From an uncultured virus (IMG/VR IMGVR_UViG_2851731845_000003) (taxonomy: Duplodnaviria; Heunggongvirae; Uroviricota; Caudoviricetes): DNA of 64,000 nt. Of this stretch, positions 48,801 to 59,428 are shown in pieces. The notes below the pieces were generated by a model. The model searched no databases. It was not told where the DNA came from and worked only from the letters and a program-made list of their open reading frames with translations. The stretch lies in the IMG/VR virus record IMGVR_UViG_2851731845_000003; one strand, given 5' to 3'. Position 1 is the first letter of the stretch. Each line of letters begins with the position of its first letter. The translations under genes were made by a program, and so were the position numbers.

Positions 48801-49745
48801 TTAAATGCCGTCGAAATAAGCCAGCGTTTCGATGTAAGGGGCTTCAACCACACCCAACTTCCCGTAATAGGTCACCAGCTGCCACAGTCCGCGATACTGG
48901 ATCGGGATGCTGGTCAGCGGCACTAATGGGAATCGCACATATTTACGGTCGTTGGTGTAGGCCACCATCCGATCTTTACCCGCCACACCTGCACCTTTTA
49001 GCCACTTCACCGCGCGGATATTCAGAGGAATACCGTTTTGATGGAAAGCGATAGTGTTCGTGGTCAAATAGGTTAGCAATGACTGATTACCGGCATCAGA
49101 CACGATAACCTGCGCCAGATAAGCGTATTGCTCAGGTGGTAACAGCAGGTCTTTCGGTACTACGGTATAGCCAGATGCAGCCCATGCATCGGAAAGCACC
49201 TTGTTAATGGAATCGCGAATTTCCGCAACGGTCGAGGTCAACCACGGTTTCACCGCATTACCAATCGCCACACCGTTGTAGTTGGCCAGACCTTTTACGC
49301 CCAGATCGGTATCACCGCGATAAACCTGTTCATCGGCATCCATATGCCATTTCAACACCATGCCGTCATATTTCTGCGTATCAATTGGACGGCCCACTTG
49401 TTGAGCGGCAGCTAATTCAATCACTGTCCAACCCAACTCCATCCCCCACAAGGTCAGCGGGAAACCTTTTTTATCGATATCAACATTAACACCTGCGAGT
49501 GCCGTTGATTCCTGACTAACCCAGTTCTTACCTTTTGGATTGGCACCGGTACCAGCAACACCAAAGCCGGTTTTAGTGAATGAGCTGATCTCGTCAGCAA
49601 TATTCACATCTTCACGAAATTGAATGTCACGGGTGTAAGTTGTCCCCACCAACGGCAGGTTAATCTCTGGGTCTAATCGCTCCAGTTCCCCGATGAGGAA
49701 TGCGCCGCTGGCATCAATGGTGCGCTGGCTGTCGTAAGTGATCAT
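48801..49745 (-). CDS. Major capsid protein (DUF2184-like)
   Basis: AFLIGELERLD, RMVAYTND, Y.DGI end; synteny. Confidence 0.85.
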   Translation of the reverse strand: MITYDSQRTIDASGAFLIGELERLDPEINLPLVGTTYTRDIQFREDVNIADEISSFTKTGFGVAGTGANPKGKNWVSQESTALAGVNVDIDKKGFPLTLWGMELGWTVIELAAAQQVGRPIDTQKYDGMVLKWHMDADEQVYRGDTDLGVKGLANYNGVAIGNAVKPWLTSTVAEIRDSINKVLSDAWAASGYTVVPKDLLLPPEQYAYLAQVIVSDAGNQSLLTYLTTNTIAFHQNGIPLNIRAVKWLKGAGVAGKDRMVAYTNDRKYVRFPLVPLTSIPIQYRGLWQLVTYYGKLGVVEAPYIETLAYFDGI

Positions 49746-49757
49746 ATTGATTGTTCC

Positions 49758-50249
49758 TTAAATCTTGTAAGAGATTTCAGTGTTACCAGCGGCATCACCG
49801 GCACCCGTGAAATAAGCGTTAGGTAGCACTACGGTAGTGTCAGCAATCGCGGTAGCCAGCACAGAACCCAACGGGCTAGCGTCGGTAGCATCAGCGATAC
49901 GGATGTAGACAGGCGCGCCCTTAGTCACACCCGCAGCTGTAGCCCCAATATTGACCGACATGTAACCGCGCTTTAGCGCATCACCAGCGAAGTTGTTGCT
50001 GGTACCGATTTGGCGCACTTTGTCTGGCGTTGATGTGGTAGGGAATGGTCGGACAAAGATGCCGACGATTTTGTCTGCGGTATCGTCCTCTTCCAGCGGT
50101 ACAAAGAAATTGCCACTGAATTTACCGGCCAGCCCGTACTGGATAAATGGATCGGCCGTATTAATCAGTACCGGCTCAATAGTCAGATCCTGAGGGCGCG
50201 AAACGGCCCCGGCAATGCCCGCAGGCATCCGGAATAAATATGCTGTCAT
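49758..50249 (-). CDS. Capsid cement/decoration protein
   Basis: RMPAGIAGAVSR, RGYM; between protease and capsid. Confidence 0.7.
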   Translation of the reverse strand: MTAYLFRMPAGIAGAVSRPQDLTIEPVLINTADPFIQYGLAGKFSGNFFVPLEEDDTADKIVGIFVRPFPTTSTPDKVRQIGTSNNFAGDALKRGYMSVNIGATAAGVTKGAPVYIRIADATDASPLGSVLATAIADTTVVLPNAYFTGAGDAAGNTEISYKI

Positions 50250-50252
50250 GAA

Positions 50253-51479
50253 TTAGTTTCCTTTTTTAGCCCAGAACGCGGCGTTCTGTTTATTGAGGTC
50301 GGCGGCGGTAGGTCGGCGATTTGGAGAAGCAGAATCAGTGGTTCGGTGGTTCAACTGAATGTTATTGCGGCCCTTGGCGATCTCGCTGGCGGCAATGAAT
50401 GCCGCATCAAGGGAGAGTTTCGGCATCTTGGCAAAGTCTGGCTTATCGCCAACAATGCCTTTCAGCAATTTCTCGCCCTCGGTGGTTTTAAACGCCGCAT
50501 CCAATACAGTTCGTTTAAAGGATGCCAGCTTTCCACCCTCTGGCAATTTAATGCCAGGTACAATCAATTCAGCACGGGAAACAACATCCTGATGATAAGC
50601 AGCATCGCTGGTAATACGTCGGCCCTCTTCCTCCTCATCCGGATCGGAGTCGGTGGTTGAACCCAATTTTTCCAGAATCGCAGCTAAGGTCGTCTCCATA
50701 GCAGCAACACGGGTTTCGATATCACCACTATCGTTAGTCGCTATAGCATCTAATTCAGGTTCCTGTTTCGGTAACGGCTGTTGCGGGTTAATGGTGATAT
50801 TGATGGCCTTTGGCAATTCGCCAGTACCTTCATCATTAGTCAGCTCAGTAGGGACGCTTTCCATTGCCTCCTCCATCGCTGCCGCGTCTTTGGTTTTAAT
50901 TGCTCGGCGTAGCTTAGCTAGCCAGGTGTTATTGGTTGTCATACGTTTACTATCTCCAATTGAACAGCGTTTCCCTGCGCGTCCCGTAGGTACGAGGGCA
51001 ACATGGTTAGCTATAATGTCGTGCTGACGGGCTTTGCCTACGGCGGTTTGCTGATATTCGGCATCGTAGCCAGCCGAAATCTGATCGACACCATCGTCAA
51101 GAATTGCCGATATTGCTTCGGCCTTCTTCACCACGATGTCGGCGATCATTAAATCTGATTGGTCACCGGTTCCGCGCCTGACGTTTTGAACGTGTCCAAC
51201 GGCATAGCGCCCCCAGTTGTCAGGGGTGACATCTTCGATGGGGTGGGAAACTGTGAACGTCATTCCCTCAAAGCTGGCGAGTGTCTCAGGGCGAAAAACA
51301 TCCGCCTCAGACCTTTCAACGAGAATTTCTCCGTCACTGTCAGGTTCGATATCGTCCAGCTCTTCACCGCCATAAAGCTGTACCCCGGTTCGGCCTATTG
51401 GCACGTCTTTGCACAATAGGCCACCGTCGCTCATGGTGAAGCGTGTCTCCCCTAGGCGGGAGTTATAGAAATATTGCAT
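50253..51479 (-). CDS. Prohead protease/scaffold (DUF2213-like)
   Basis: VPIGRTG, SFEG, SAGYD, NHVALV..GRAG. Confidence 0.85.
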   Translation of the reverse strand: MQYFYNSRLGETRFTMSDGGLLCKDVPIGRTGVQLYGGEELDDIEPDSDGEILVERSEADVFRPETLASFEGMTFTVSHPIEDVTPDNWGRYAVGHVQNVRRGTGDQSDLMIADIVVKKAEAISAILDDGVDQISAGYDAEYQQTAVGKARQHDIIANHVALVPTGRAGKRCSIGDSKRMTTNNTWLAKLRRAIKTKDAAAMEEAMESVPTELTNDEGTGELPKAINITINPQQPLPKQEPELDAIATNDSGDIETRVAAMETTLAAILEKLGSTTDSDPDEEEEGRRITSDAAYHQDVVSRAELIVPGIKLPEGGKLASFKRTVLDAAFKTTEGEKLLKGIVGDKPDFAKMPKLSLDAAFIAASEIAKGRNNIQLNHRTTDSASPNRRPTAADLNKQNAAFWAKKGN

Positions 51480-51482
51480 GGG

Positions 51483-52247
51483 TTATCTTTCCGGAATGAT
51501 GACTTCGCAGTAACAACGACAGTTAGGTAATGCACCCGCATGCCCCGTCATGCCGTCAAGAGTTGGCGGGTTATCCCAGCGAACAAACTTACCCTCCATT
51601 TTCTGATGTGAATGACGGACATCGCTATCCTCGGCTGTGCGCCAGATGTAACCACTGGAACCGATAGAGAGCGAACGGGCCTGAGTTAGTGCCGTTGATG
51701 CCCGCCCTATTTCTGTACGGGCGATCATGTTGGCGCGAGATACTGCCACATCGCCAGATTTAGCTATTTCTTTAGCAAATGGTCCGGACCGCCCTCCGTT
51801 GATTACCGCCTCTATCGCCTGATTATGGATATCTTGCACCCGGTCAGCGGCTTGCAATGGCAGTGACTTGATGAGTTTTATCTGTTCTTCAACGATACTG
51901 CGCGCTACCTGCCCCACTGATGTGTTTTCTACTATCTGGCGCAAACCAACGGATATTTCCTGCGAATTACTGCGCCACATCGCGACGTCTTTTGCGTTAA
52001 CAGCATCAAACATCTTGCTGGCGGTGGTTCTGGCCCATCCGTCAATCAGGTCTGAATAACGGTTAAGGCTATCCATAACGTTATAAACAGAATCATTAGA
52101 ACCATCGTAAGTACCATTTACGATATCCCCGACCATTCGCGCTATCTTTCGTAGCTGCGTTTGATATTGGATTTCTGCGCGCCGTGATTTCAGGCGGGTT
52201 GAGATCTGCGTTTTCGCCGAGGTTCGGCGGGTCGATGTCTTTCGCAC
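51483..52247 (-). CDS. Minor head protein (Mu gpF/SPP1 gp7-like; start uncertain)
   Basis: RANMIARTE, YIWRT..DSDVRHSH, PNCRC. Confidence 0.85.
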   Translation of the reverse strand: MRKTSTRRTSAKTQISTRLKSRRAEIQYQTQLRKIARMVGDIVNGTYDGSNDSVYNVMDSLNRYSDLIDGWARTTASKMFDAVNAKDVAMWRSNSQEISVGLRQIVENTSVGQVARSIVEEQIKLIKSLPLQAADRVQDIHNQAIEAVINGGRSGPFAKEIAKSGDVAVSRANMIARTEIGRASTALTQARSLSIGSSGYIWRTAEDSDVRHSHQKMEGKFVRWDNPPTLDGMTGHAGALPNCRCYCEVIIPER

Positions 52248-53568
52248 TCTCTATATCCTCATCGCTGATGCTTGAGCCGATACCGATAATGCCTGCTTTG
52301 TCCCTGAGTTCAGTCATGCCGCCCTGTAACGTCAGCAAGCCTGAGTCCATTGCAGCATTGATAGTATTGACGGTTTGCTCTGCCACAGTCGCCCGGTCAG
52401 GTTCGGTCATCTGCCAAAGAGGGTTGAAATCAAAGGAGAAGCCGTCAGGCAGTGCCGTACCAAACTCGGAGTGGTGGATCACTTGAAATAATCGGCGCAG
52501 TGGACGACGCAAACGACGCTCTTGTTGAGTACCGATATTGTCGTAGTAGTTAGCCAGGTCAGCATCACCGGTTGAGAACCCCGCAGGGGACTGACCAAAC
52601 AAACGCACCAACGGGATACCAATGGCACCGGCTATCTGTTGGGCAAACTGCGCCATCACATCAGACAGACCACCGAATGCGTAACTGTGGGTTTCAAACG
52701 TATCGGTCGCATCCATGAGGGTGAGGCCCTCCGTACTTTGGAATTGCCGGATCATGTCCATGCTTTTCATTAGCCCATCAAATGCCTTGCCCCCCATGGC
52801 GACCAGCTCACGAAACTTATTGATTTTGTAGGTGCGTAAGTGCGCCTTAAAAATCAACTGAGCCGCGCCAGTCGAGGTGCTATCGAATGCTAGCAACCTG
52901 TCAAACAGCCGCTCTATAACCGACATGCCCCATTCGTTTTCTGTTCGCTTTTGCTGGTATGGGAGACCAACACCATCAAGGCGGATCACCCTGCTGTGGT
53001 GTATTTTCATACTTGGGATGCCGCTGCCCGTGGTCACCACCTGATAATATTTAGGCATGCCGAGATCTGGACCCATTTCTGTCACTCTATCGCTGATGGT
53101 TGGGTTAACCATCCATCGGTCGAGCACCAGCAAGCCTTTAAACGCATCTTTACCGATGGTCTCTACCCGCATAGGGGTTTCAGGCGCTTGACCGTCAATC
53201 ATGATGAAACCAATTGCGCCACCGTACAGTCGTGACCATTTGATCGTATCGTTGATAGCATCCCAGAGTGATAGCTCTTCCCAGCGCCCCTCAATCCGCA
53301 TCTTGGCATCCGGTGCCATCTTAGAGGTGATGTTAATCCCCTTACGGGTCATATCATCAGCGATAGTGTCAACCGCCGCGCCCACCAGCCATGACGACCG
53401 GTAAGCGTTTTCTATCAGTTGGCGGTTGCGAGACGTCCAATTCGGTTGGTAGCTATAATCCGCGCTCTGGTTCTCGGTGCGCAGCCCATAGCGAGCGGTG
53501 AGGTTTTGATAGCTATCGGTGGTTCTCTGCGGTGATGACGCCTTGCCTGTTCTACGTTTTCTCGACAT
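52096..53568 (-). CDS. Portal protein (DUF1073-like)
   Basis: YRSSW, RLYGG, IHHSR, IPLVRLFGQSPAG, FNPLWQM. Confidence 0.85.
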   Translation of the reverse strand: MSRKRRTGKASSPQRTTDSYQNLTARYGLRTENQSADYSYQPNWTSRNRQLIENAYRSSWLVGAAVDTIADDMTRKGINITSKMAPDAKMRIEGRWEELSLWDAINDTIKWSRLYGGAIGFIMIDGQAPETPMRVETIGKDAFKGLLVLDRWMVNPTISDRVTEMGPDLGMPKYYQVVTTGSGIPSMKIHHSRVIRLDGVGLPYQQKRTENEWGMSVIERLFDRLLAFDSTSTGAAQLIFKAHLRTYKINKFRELVAMGGKAFDGLMKSMDMIRQFQSTEGLTLMDATDTFETHSYAFGGLSDVMAQFAQQIAGAIGIPLVRLFGQSPAGFSTGDADLANYYDNIGTQQERRLRRPLRRLFQVIHHSEFGTALPDGFSFDFNPLWQMTEPDRATVAEQTVNTINAAMDSGLLTLQGGMTELRDKAGIIGIGSSISDEDIESAKDIDPPNLGENADLNPPEITARRNPISNAATKDSANGRGYRKWYLRWF

Positions 53569-55184
53569 TACGCCCCCCCGAGCCGTAGCCAGATATCCAG
53601 CGCGTTATCCATTGGTGCATATAAAATCATTGCTGAATCCGCCAGGTTAGGTGACTTGGTGCCGTCAGGTTTTTTATCCACCACAATTTTCCCTACGCCA
53701 TTAACTGAGTAGGTAGGTTGCGATAATTCAGAAGTTAATTTGGTCAGGTTTTTGAGGTCTTTCGGAATAGAGATAATCTCATCGGGATCGAACTCCATAT
53801 TTTCCTTAACTGCCCGATAAGTTTTCTGGAACCGGGTGCGCAAACTCCACCAGCCTTGCGCTTTGGCGTTAGCAAAGAAGTCTTTGTTAAGCCTCCCTTG
53901 CTGTCCGTTATCGCCGGGGACCGCCTCATCATCTGGGTCGGTTACGCCACCGCTACCACGGAACGGCGTGGCGACGATATGCCGTCTGCGTTGTTCTTCT
54001 CGTTGTTCATTGATAACCCGAGCATCACCGCGTGCACCAGCTCCCAATCCATCGGTATCAAAGCGGAAAGTTTCGAGGTTTTGCGCATCACAAATATCAA
54101 AGGCTTTCTGTACGGTACCGAAAATATCATCGCCTTTACCCGACCACTCTTCGATGCTTTCAAGTAAGAAGCCATGACGACCAGCAAACGAATTAGTGTC
54201 CTTACCCTCGTCAGCGATATCGAGAGCACCTAAGCGCTGGCCAGTTGGCACAATACCCAACACCTCATGCGCGTTGATTGCCGCCTGCACCCATGCGGAC
54301 GGAATCAATACGCCCTCAACCGAGGCGCTGTAGTTGATATCAATTTCTTGCGCCACTGTAACGGGGTCGAGGTTCTCAACCTGCTTTTGATACCAGGCAT
54401 CATCTTTGCGCGGGTCATCACGCCAGTGAAAGGTGAATACTTTAATCTTGCCGCTGTGCCGCCGTTCAGCGAATGAGTTAGCCATACCATTTGGCGTTGA
54501 TACATCCTGCCGACAGTTGGTTGTCGCAGACAATGACGCATCGACCAGATAAGGCCGCTCCAGGAACGCTGACTCATCGACTATGTAAAAGCTGGTGCGG
54601 TCACCGCGCCCTATCCCATCCCCCGCCTCGCCAGTCATGGCCGATTCAGTTTCTGGGAATAAGATACGCATGTGCGGTGCATGCTGTTTTAGGCTCCAAC
54701 CACCACGAAACTCAGTGGGCAGCAGAGATATGAAGTTACGGGCCTTATCGAATAGCGATTTAGGTGAACCGATTTTATCGACATACTCTTCTTTGCGAGA
54801 GCCGAACCCAGCGAACACGCCACGGTTAAACAGGCAAAGCGAGGAAGCCATGCCAACCGTTAACCAAGACATACCCATGTCACGGGTTTTCTCTGTAATG
54901 CCCGGTTCAGCATTACGCCAGCGATCGACAAACCACTCGATCCACTCCTCCTGTTTTGGAAATAAGAGGAACGGGATACGGGCAGGTAATCCGCGCTCAA
55001 CGTTGCGGGGGTCAACTGTCATACCCCAGTCGATTATGAACTGAGCGGGGTTATCTTTATAAAACGCTCTCATAATCGGTAATATTTCAGGCTGCTGACG
55101 AATGCGCTGCAATCGCTCCATTCGCCACTCAAAAACCTGCATGTAATCCGGGTTTTTGAAGTCAAAAGGGAACGGAATAGGCAT
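53568..55184 (-). CDS. Terminase large subunit
   Basis: [35 protein letters not shown]. Confidence 0.9.
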   Translation of the reverse strand: MPIPFPFDFKNPDYMQVFEWRMERLQRIRQQPEILPIMRAFYKDNPAQFIIDWGMTVDPRNVERGLPARIPFLLFPKQEEWIEWFVDRWRNAEPGITEKTRDMGMSWLTVGMASSLCLFNRGVFAGFGSRKEEYVDKIGSPKSLFDKARNFISLLPTEFRGGWSLKQHAPHMRILFPETESAMTGEAGDGIGRGDRTSFYIVDESAFLERPYLVDASLSATTNCRQDVSTPNGMANSFAERRHSGKIKVFTFHWRDDPRKDDAWYQKQVENLDPVTVAQEIDINYSASVEGVLIPSAWVQAAINAHEVLGIVPTGQRLGALDIADEGKDTNSFAGRHGFLLESIEEWSGKGDDIFGTVQKAFDICDAQNLETFRFDTDGLGAGARGDARVINEQREEQRRRHIVATPFRGSGGVTDPDDEAVPGDNGQQGRLNKDFFANAKAQGWWSLRTRFQKTYRAVKENMEFDPDEIISIPKDLKNLTKLTSELSQPTYSVNGVGKIVVDKKPDGTKSPNLADSAMILYAPMDNALDIWLRLGGA

Positions 55185-55413
55185 GTTGGGTTTTACTCGA
55201 TAAATGTGTGAATTTCGGGACTTTTTAACATAATGACCGTTACCCGCATCGAGCGCACAGCACTCATCGAACAAGCAGCGTGAGAGGCTTATTTGTCAGG
55301 GTTAACGTGTCAGAGTGTTAGATAATTGAGTGCATAAACCATGCATAAAACACCCTCCATTTTGCATAGAGGATTTATCAAGCTAACGGGTTATTTCTGG
55401 ATGTTTACCACAA

Positions 55414-56433
55414 TCAGCCCATAAGCTTGCGATAAGCTTCGGCGGCTTCATCTGGGGTCATATTTACCGTCTCAGTTTTAACCGGGCCACCATCAGGGCC
55501 ACTAATTTCTGTTTTGTTTTTCAGCATTCCCAAATGTTGGGCAACCATTTTCAAAGCTTCATCCTGATTGCGGGTAATTGCCTCAATACCAAACTTACCC
55601 TCTTTCACTCCAGAGAACAGGCGACGAGCTGCACCGCGCAGATCCCGCGTATCATGAAAGTGAGTACGCCCAACCCCCTCACCATTACAACGCGGGCAAT
55701 CAGGGTTAGGATCAAGCGTGGCATCAAAACCGTAACCGCCAACGTCTAATGGTTCTCGCTTTTTGCTCTCCACCGCTTTCAATCGGGCTTCTTCAAACTC
55801 AACAGCATCACGCCACTGATATTGATAACCAAATCCCCAGCAATGTCGGCAACACAAACGGCGTAGCTCAGTAATTTGGCTAGCATCGGCTGTGGCAATA
55901 TCCCACCACCATTTCAGTACAGCATCTTGGGTAATCTGGGTGCGCCTTTCCCTAGCATCCAATGCGTCGCGAATGGCCCGGCTAACCTTAGCATTCCTGT
56001 ACATGCGTGAAGCGTTAACGTAAGCCGTATTGCCCTCTCCTTTGCCGCCAGACCTTTTATATGCAGCCGTGCTATTCAAGTCGATCAGGTATTCACTCAC
56101 GAAACGAGCCTGCATATCATTAAGCCCGTACTCCTCAGGTTTTAATGTGAATTCTGGTTCGTCACTACCATCTACCAGGTATTCTGAATCTATTTCACTT
56201 TCAACGTGAACCGTTGGTTTTCTACGTTTGGTTCGCAGGTTCTCATTTTGGTTCGCACTTATTGCCTGCGAACTTACATTGCGAACCTGTTCATGTTTGG
56301 GCCACTCCTCAGCCTTTGCCCTCTTCCTTACCGCTGTATCACTTACACCGTATTTCTTGGCAAGCTCTCTGATGGAAAGAGCGCCGGAACGGTAGTCACG
56401 CTCTATGCCTCTCCAGTCAGTGTCTTTTGCCAT
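55414..56433 (-). CDS. Terminase small subunit with N-terminal HTH and Cys-cluster insert
   Basis: IERDYRSG.LSIRELA, RFVSEYLIDLN.TAAY, CCRHC..CPRC. Confidence 0.8.
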   Translation of the reverse strand: MAKDTDWRGIERDYRSGALSIRELAKKYGVSDTAVRKRAKAEEWPKHEQVRNVSSQAISANQNENLRTKRRKPTVHVESEIDSEYLVDGSDEPEFTLKPEEYGLNDMQARFVSEYLIDLNSTAAYKRSGGKGEGNTAYVNASRMYRNAKVSRAIRDALDARERRTQITQDAVLKWWWDIATADASQITELRRLCCRHCWGFGYQYQWRDAVEFEEARLKAVESKKREPLDVGGYGFDATLDPNPDCPRCNGEGVGRTHFHDTRDLRGAARRLFSGVKEGKFGIEAITRNQDEALKMVAQHLGMLKNKTEISGPDGGPVKTETVNMTPDEAAEAYRKLMG

Positions 56434-56547
56434 GATGTTCCCTTAGTGTCATTACACAGTAACCTTGTTAGGTTGCTCTGTGATGATATTTAGGCGTAAA
56501 AAAACCAGCCGAAGCTGGTTGATTGTATATTCATATACTTGAAGAGA

Positions 56548-56754
56548 TTACTTACCTAAAGCAGCTTGAATGGCGTCAGCAAGTTTGCCGACCTCATCAG
56601 AGGCGTGCTGCACCTCAATTTTAACTTTACTGACGCCTTGATAGGCAGTGGATGCGCTTACTGATGTTTGAATTACTTCTAGCGCTGCCTGTACAGCAAG
56701 GAGTCTCTTTTTCTGTTCATCGGTGTAATCAATTCCAAAGTAACTTTCTAACAT
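56548..56754 (-). CDS. Small hypothetical moron
   Basis: Own RBS (AGGGG) and downstream terminator at 56498-56520. Confidence 0.55.
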   Translation of the reverse strand: MLESYFGIDYTDEQKKRLLAVQAALEVIQTSVSASTAYQGVSKVKIEVQHASDEVGKLADAIQAALGK

Positions 56755-56857
56755 TGCAATCCCCTTTTGATAAATAGAACTATTAAGTTAGCAGGTGGAA
56801 TCATCAGCGCTAGTTTTATAGTGGGTATTATTGATAACTCTCAACAAATACCCTTAA

Positions 56858-57043
56858 TTAGGCTCTCACGATATCGACATTCGTTATCGTCAGCTTACGG
56901 ATGCGGCGGGTTGCTTCGCGAGAAATGGCGCTCAGATTCTTGGGAGTGGCTTTCACCTTTGCATATTTGCGCAATAGGTTATCAGTTACCTCGCTAATCT
57001 GTTTCTCCGTGGGAGGGATAATGCTTACCTGTAGCTTATGCAT
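56858..57043 (-). CDS. Small hypothetical protein after the lysis cassette
   Basis: AAGGA RBS; co-oriented. Confidence 0.45.
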   Translation of the reverse strand: MHKLQVSIIPPTEKQISEVTDNLLRKYAKVKATPKNLSAISREATRRIRKLTITNVDIVRA

Positions 57044-57064
57044 CTGCTGTTCCTTATTTGAGGG

Positions 57065-57325
57065 TTAAGTTTTACTCCCTACTCTCTGCCGCCAGTCGAT
57101 AACCTCATCAAGCCGGCCTTTGCAGATTCGTAGTTCTCTCTTTAATTCCATCGCATACAATCCGCCATCCCCCCATGTAATACCGGTAAATTCTGGAACT
57201 TCACAAGGGGTAAGCGCTGACTCTGGGGGCAATAATAGTGCGGGTTCGGCAACAAGCGGTTTAGCTGGCTTATTCGCGCATGACGTTAATGACATCACCA
57301 GGCATAGGCTTGATAGAACAATCAT
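57065..57325 (-). CDS. o-spanin lipoprotein (Rz1-like; start approximate)
   Basis: Lipobox LTSC, Pro-rich, overlaps the Rz end. Confidence 0.7.
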   Translation of the reverse strand: MIVLSSLCLVMSLTSCANKPAKPLVAEPALLLPPESALTPCEVPEFTGITWGDGGLYAMELKRELRICKGRLDEVIDWRQRVGSKT

Positions 57326-57602
57326 CACTCGCCGCAGCTGCTTTAAACCGTGCAACCTGTAATTCACTGGCATTGCGTAACTTCCTCTCGTTTTCGAGTT
57401 GTCGGGTGGTGGCGGCTCTATTTGCAGAATCATTCACCTGGTATGCATCAATGATGTTTCCCAGAACCGTGTTTGTGTTTTGCTCTGCTACCAGCTTCGC
57501 TTCCGTTTTTTCGACCTTATTTGAGAGGCGGTAATTGTTAAAAAATAGAGCCGACACAATAACCACCAGCACAGCAATGAGTATCCCAATGGCTTTATTC
57601 AT
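57270..57602 (-). CDS. i-spanin (Rz-like)
   Basis: N-terminal TM, coiled coil, C-terminal DDC..PMP. Confidence 0.75.
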   Translation of the reverse strand: MNKAIGILIAVLVVIVSALFFNNYRLSNKVEKTEAKLVAEQNTNTVLGNIIDAYQVNDSANRAATTRQLENERKLRNASELQVARFKAAAASDDCSIKPMPGDVINVMRE

Positions 57603-58125
57603 CCAGCCCCCAGCATGTCAGCTCGCTTTCTTGCGCTCGGCGTTCTATCTGCCCGTAACAGTTATTTGAGCGAATATTGCAATCCTTGCCGCCGTCATAT
57701 ACCCAGCGTTTGATTTCAGCGCATGCACCTTTACGGTCGCCAGCGTTGAGTTTTTTATAGAACGTGGAGGTGAAACACTTGCCTGGGCCGATGTTATAGG
57801 GGCAAAACGAAGCGATACCTGCAATCTGTGGTTCAGTCAGCGGTACCCGGACATTTTTCTTTACCCAGCTTATAGCCTTATCAGCCTCCAACTGATTCAC
57901 CGCAGCACACTTATCAGCTGACAGCTTCATCCCTTTCACTACCGGTTTGCCATCAACTTGAGTAGCACCACGGCAAATAGTCCAAATCCCCTTTCCATCT
58001 GGATAAGCTACCAGCCGGTTGCCCTCTTTCTCATCCAAAAGCTGATCAAGAATTATGGTGGCCGGTGCTGCAACAATAATCAGAGCCAGGACAGCCGCGC
58101 TTAATTTGCTTTTTGTCGAGGCCAT
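57595..58125 (-). CDS. SAR endolysin (GH24 lysozyme)
   Basis: Hydrophobic N-terminus; EG..AYPDG.GIWTICRG.T triad; YNIG. Confidence 0.9.
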   Translation of the reverse strand: MASTKSKLSAAVLALIIVAAPATIILDQLLDEKEGNRLVAYPDGKGIWTICRGATQVDGKPVVKGMKLSADKCAAVNQLEADKAISWVKKNVRVPLTEPQIAGIASFCPYNIGPGKCFTSTFYKKLNAGDRKGACAEIKRWVYDGGKDCNIRSNNCYGQIERRAQESELTCWGLDE

Positions 58126-58340
58126 TACTCACCATCCGGTTTATAGCCGTGGCGGCGATCCCAAATCTTGACGCCAGCATTAAGCAAAAATGTCAGGGCC
58201 ATAAAAAACAAAGAGCCAAGTACGCCGATAACTGTCCACTCATCAGGGGTGAATCCAGCTATCAGCTCTTTAACCCAAAAAATGAAACTACCACCCGACA
58301 CGGTATAGGAGACCGCTGTTGTTATATTGCTCATTTTCAT
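58125..58340 (-). CDS. Pinholin-like class II holin with Met-Lys-Met dual start
   Basis: 71 aa MKMSNITTAVSY..DEWTVIGVLGSL, two TM segments, precedes SAR endolysin. Confidence 0.8.
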   Translation of the reverse strand: MKMSNITTAVSYTVSGGSFIFWVKELIAGFTPDEWTVIGVLGSLFFMALTFLLNAGVKIWDRRHGYKPDGE

Positions 58341-58404
58341 AGTCTCCCCCTCCCGGACGGGCTGGGCGTGTAGTGGAAATAAAAAAGGCCACCATCCGGC
58401 AGCT

Positions 58405-59133
58405 CTACTTGTTCCCTCCCGGTTTTGGATATGGGAGAGGTTTAAACAGCTTCGTGTTGAGCCGTTTTCTTGCCCGCTTATTGAGAAACTTGATATAGCG
58501 GAACTGGGTAAATTTATGTGCTGTTGCACGGTGAAAATTAGCTTGAAGATGCAAGCCCCGCGCACCTGCTTTACTGGCCTTGGTTGTTAAAGCAATTTTG
58601 TGGTACCACTCGCCGTCTAATTCGTAGAACGTGCTTTGATGGCTACCCACATAATCAAAGTTGCTAGCCTGATACACCACCCCGAAGCGACCGCACCGCT
58701 CATCAGCAAATGTCTGCACCCACTCAACACCGGGGTGAAGCAATTTGATAGTTTTGAGTGCGTAACTGATCGCCCGTGATTCCGTATTCGTCAGCATGTC
58801 GTCGTGTACCCAGAGTCGGTTTAACTCCATGTATTGCCTGTTACCTGTTCCCTCAACGACTCGCCCTCCGCTGCTGGGGTTCATTGCGTAACCCCATTGC
58901 ATAACGCCAACTAGATCGCGCCCGGAGAAAATACCGAGGTGCAAATATGAGTTGTTCACTATGCGCTTGCTGTAATGAAAGTGGATAATAACGAGGCGAG
59001 CCAACCAGACGGGGATTGTGGCAACGTGCAGGTCTGAACATCCGTACCCCACGGTTACGCCGTCATAAACTACCGGAGCAGGCTTACCCACGGCGCGGGA
59101 TGCGTTTTTGTAACTTAACTTTTTCATGGTCAT
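58405..59133 (-). CDS. mom: Mu Mom-like adenine modification enzyme
   Basis: [79 protein letters not shown] closely follow Mu Mom as recalled. Confidence 0.9.
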   Translation of the reverse strand: MTMKKLSYKNASRAVGKPAPVVYDGVTVGYGCSDLHVATIPVWLARLVIIHFHYSKRIVNNSYLHLGIFSGRDLVGVMQWGYAMNPSSGGRVVEGTGNRQYMELNRLWVHDDMLTNTESRAISYALKTIKLLHPGVEWVQTFADERCGRFGVVYQASNFDYVGSHQSTFYELDGEWYHKIALTTKASKAGARGLHLQANFHRATAHKFTQFRYIKFLNKRARKRLNTKLFKPLPYPKPGGNK

Positions 59134-59326
59134 ATATACAGTATTCCGTTAGGATACCACCGCTGACGTTAGCAGGGTGGGCCTTGGTTATACTCATGAC
59201 CGGAAACATGGGTGTAATGGCCTCTGCATGGTGCAAACATGCCGGGGTCGCCCATTTCTAACGAGTGATAGATGATAGCCGCTTGACTCAAAAGGTCAGG
59301 CGGTTTTTTGTTGAGAGGCAGAAATA

Positions 59327-59357
59327 GAAAAACCCGCACAGATGGCGGGTTTCTTTT
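59327..59357 (-). terminator. tR'-like terminator after the late promoter
   Basis: Minus strand AAACCCGC-CATCTGT-GCGGGTTTTT. Confidence 0.7.
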
Positions 59358-59400
59358 AATTTCGTCGCTTGCGTGTACAGCTCCGCGAGCTTATGTCTAA

Positions 59401-59428
59401 ATCATATATTTTTTGTTCAAATAGTCAA
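59401..59428 (-). promoter_or_regulatory. pR'-like late promoter
   Basis: Minus strand TTGACT-N16-TATGAT at the end of the Q-like gene, followed by a terminator. Confidence 0.55.

Noticed and set aside
13341..56493. Numerous 60-230 aa ORFs antisense or nested to structural genes (e.g. 28234-28917, 37551-38081, 48452-49054)
   Set aside because: Shadow frames of well-supported phage genes, with no recognisable motifs or expression signals
59134..59416. com gene upstream of mom
   Set aside because: No CxxC..CxxC ORF found by manual reading; the region is terminators and leader
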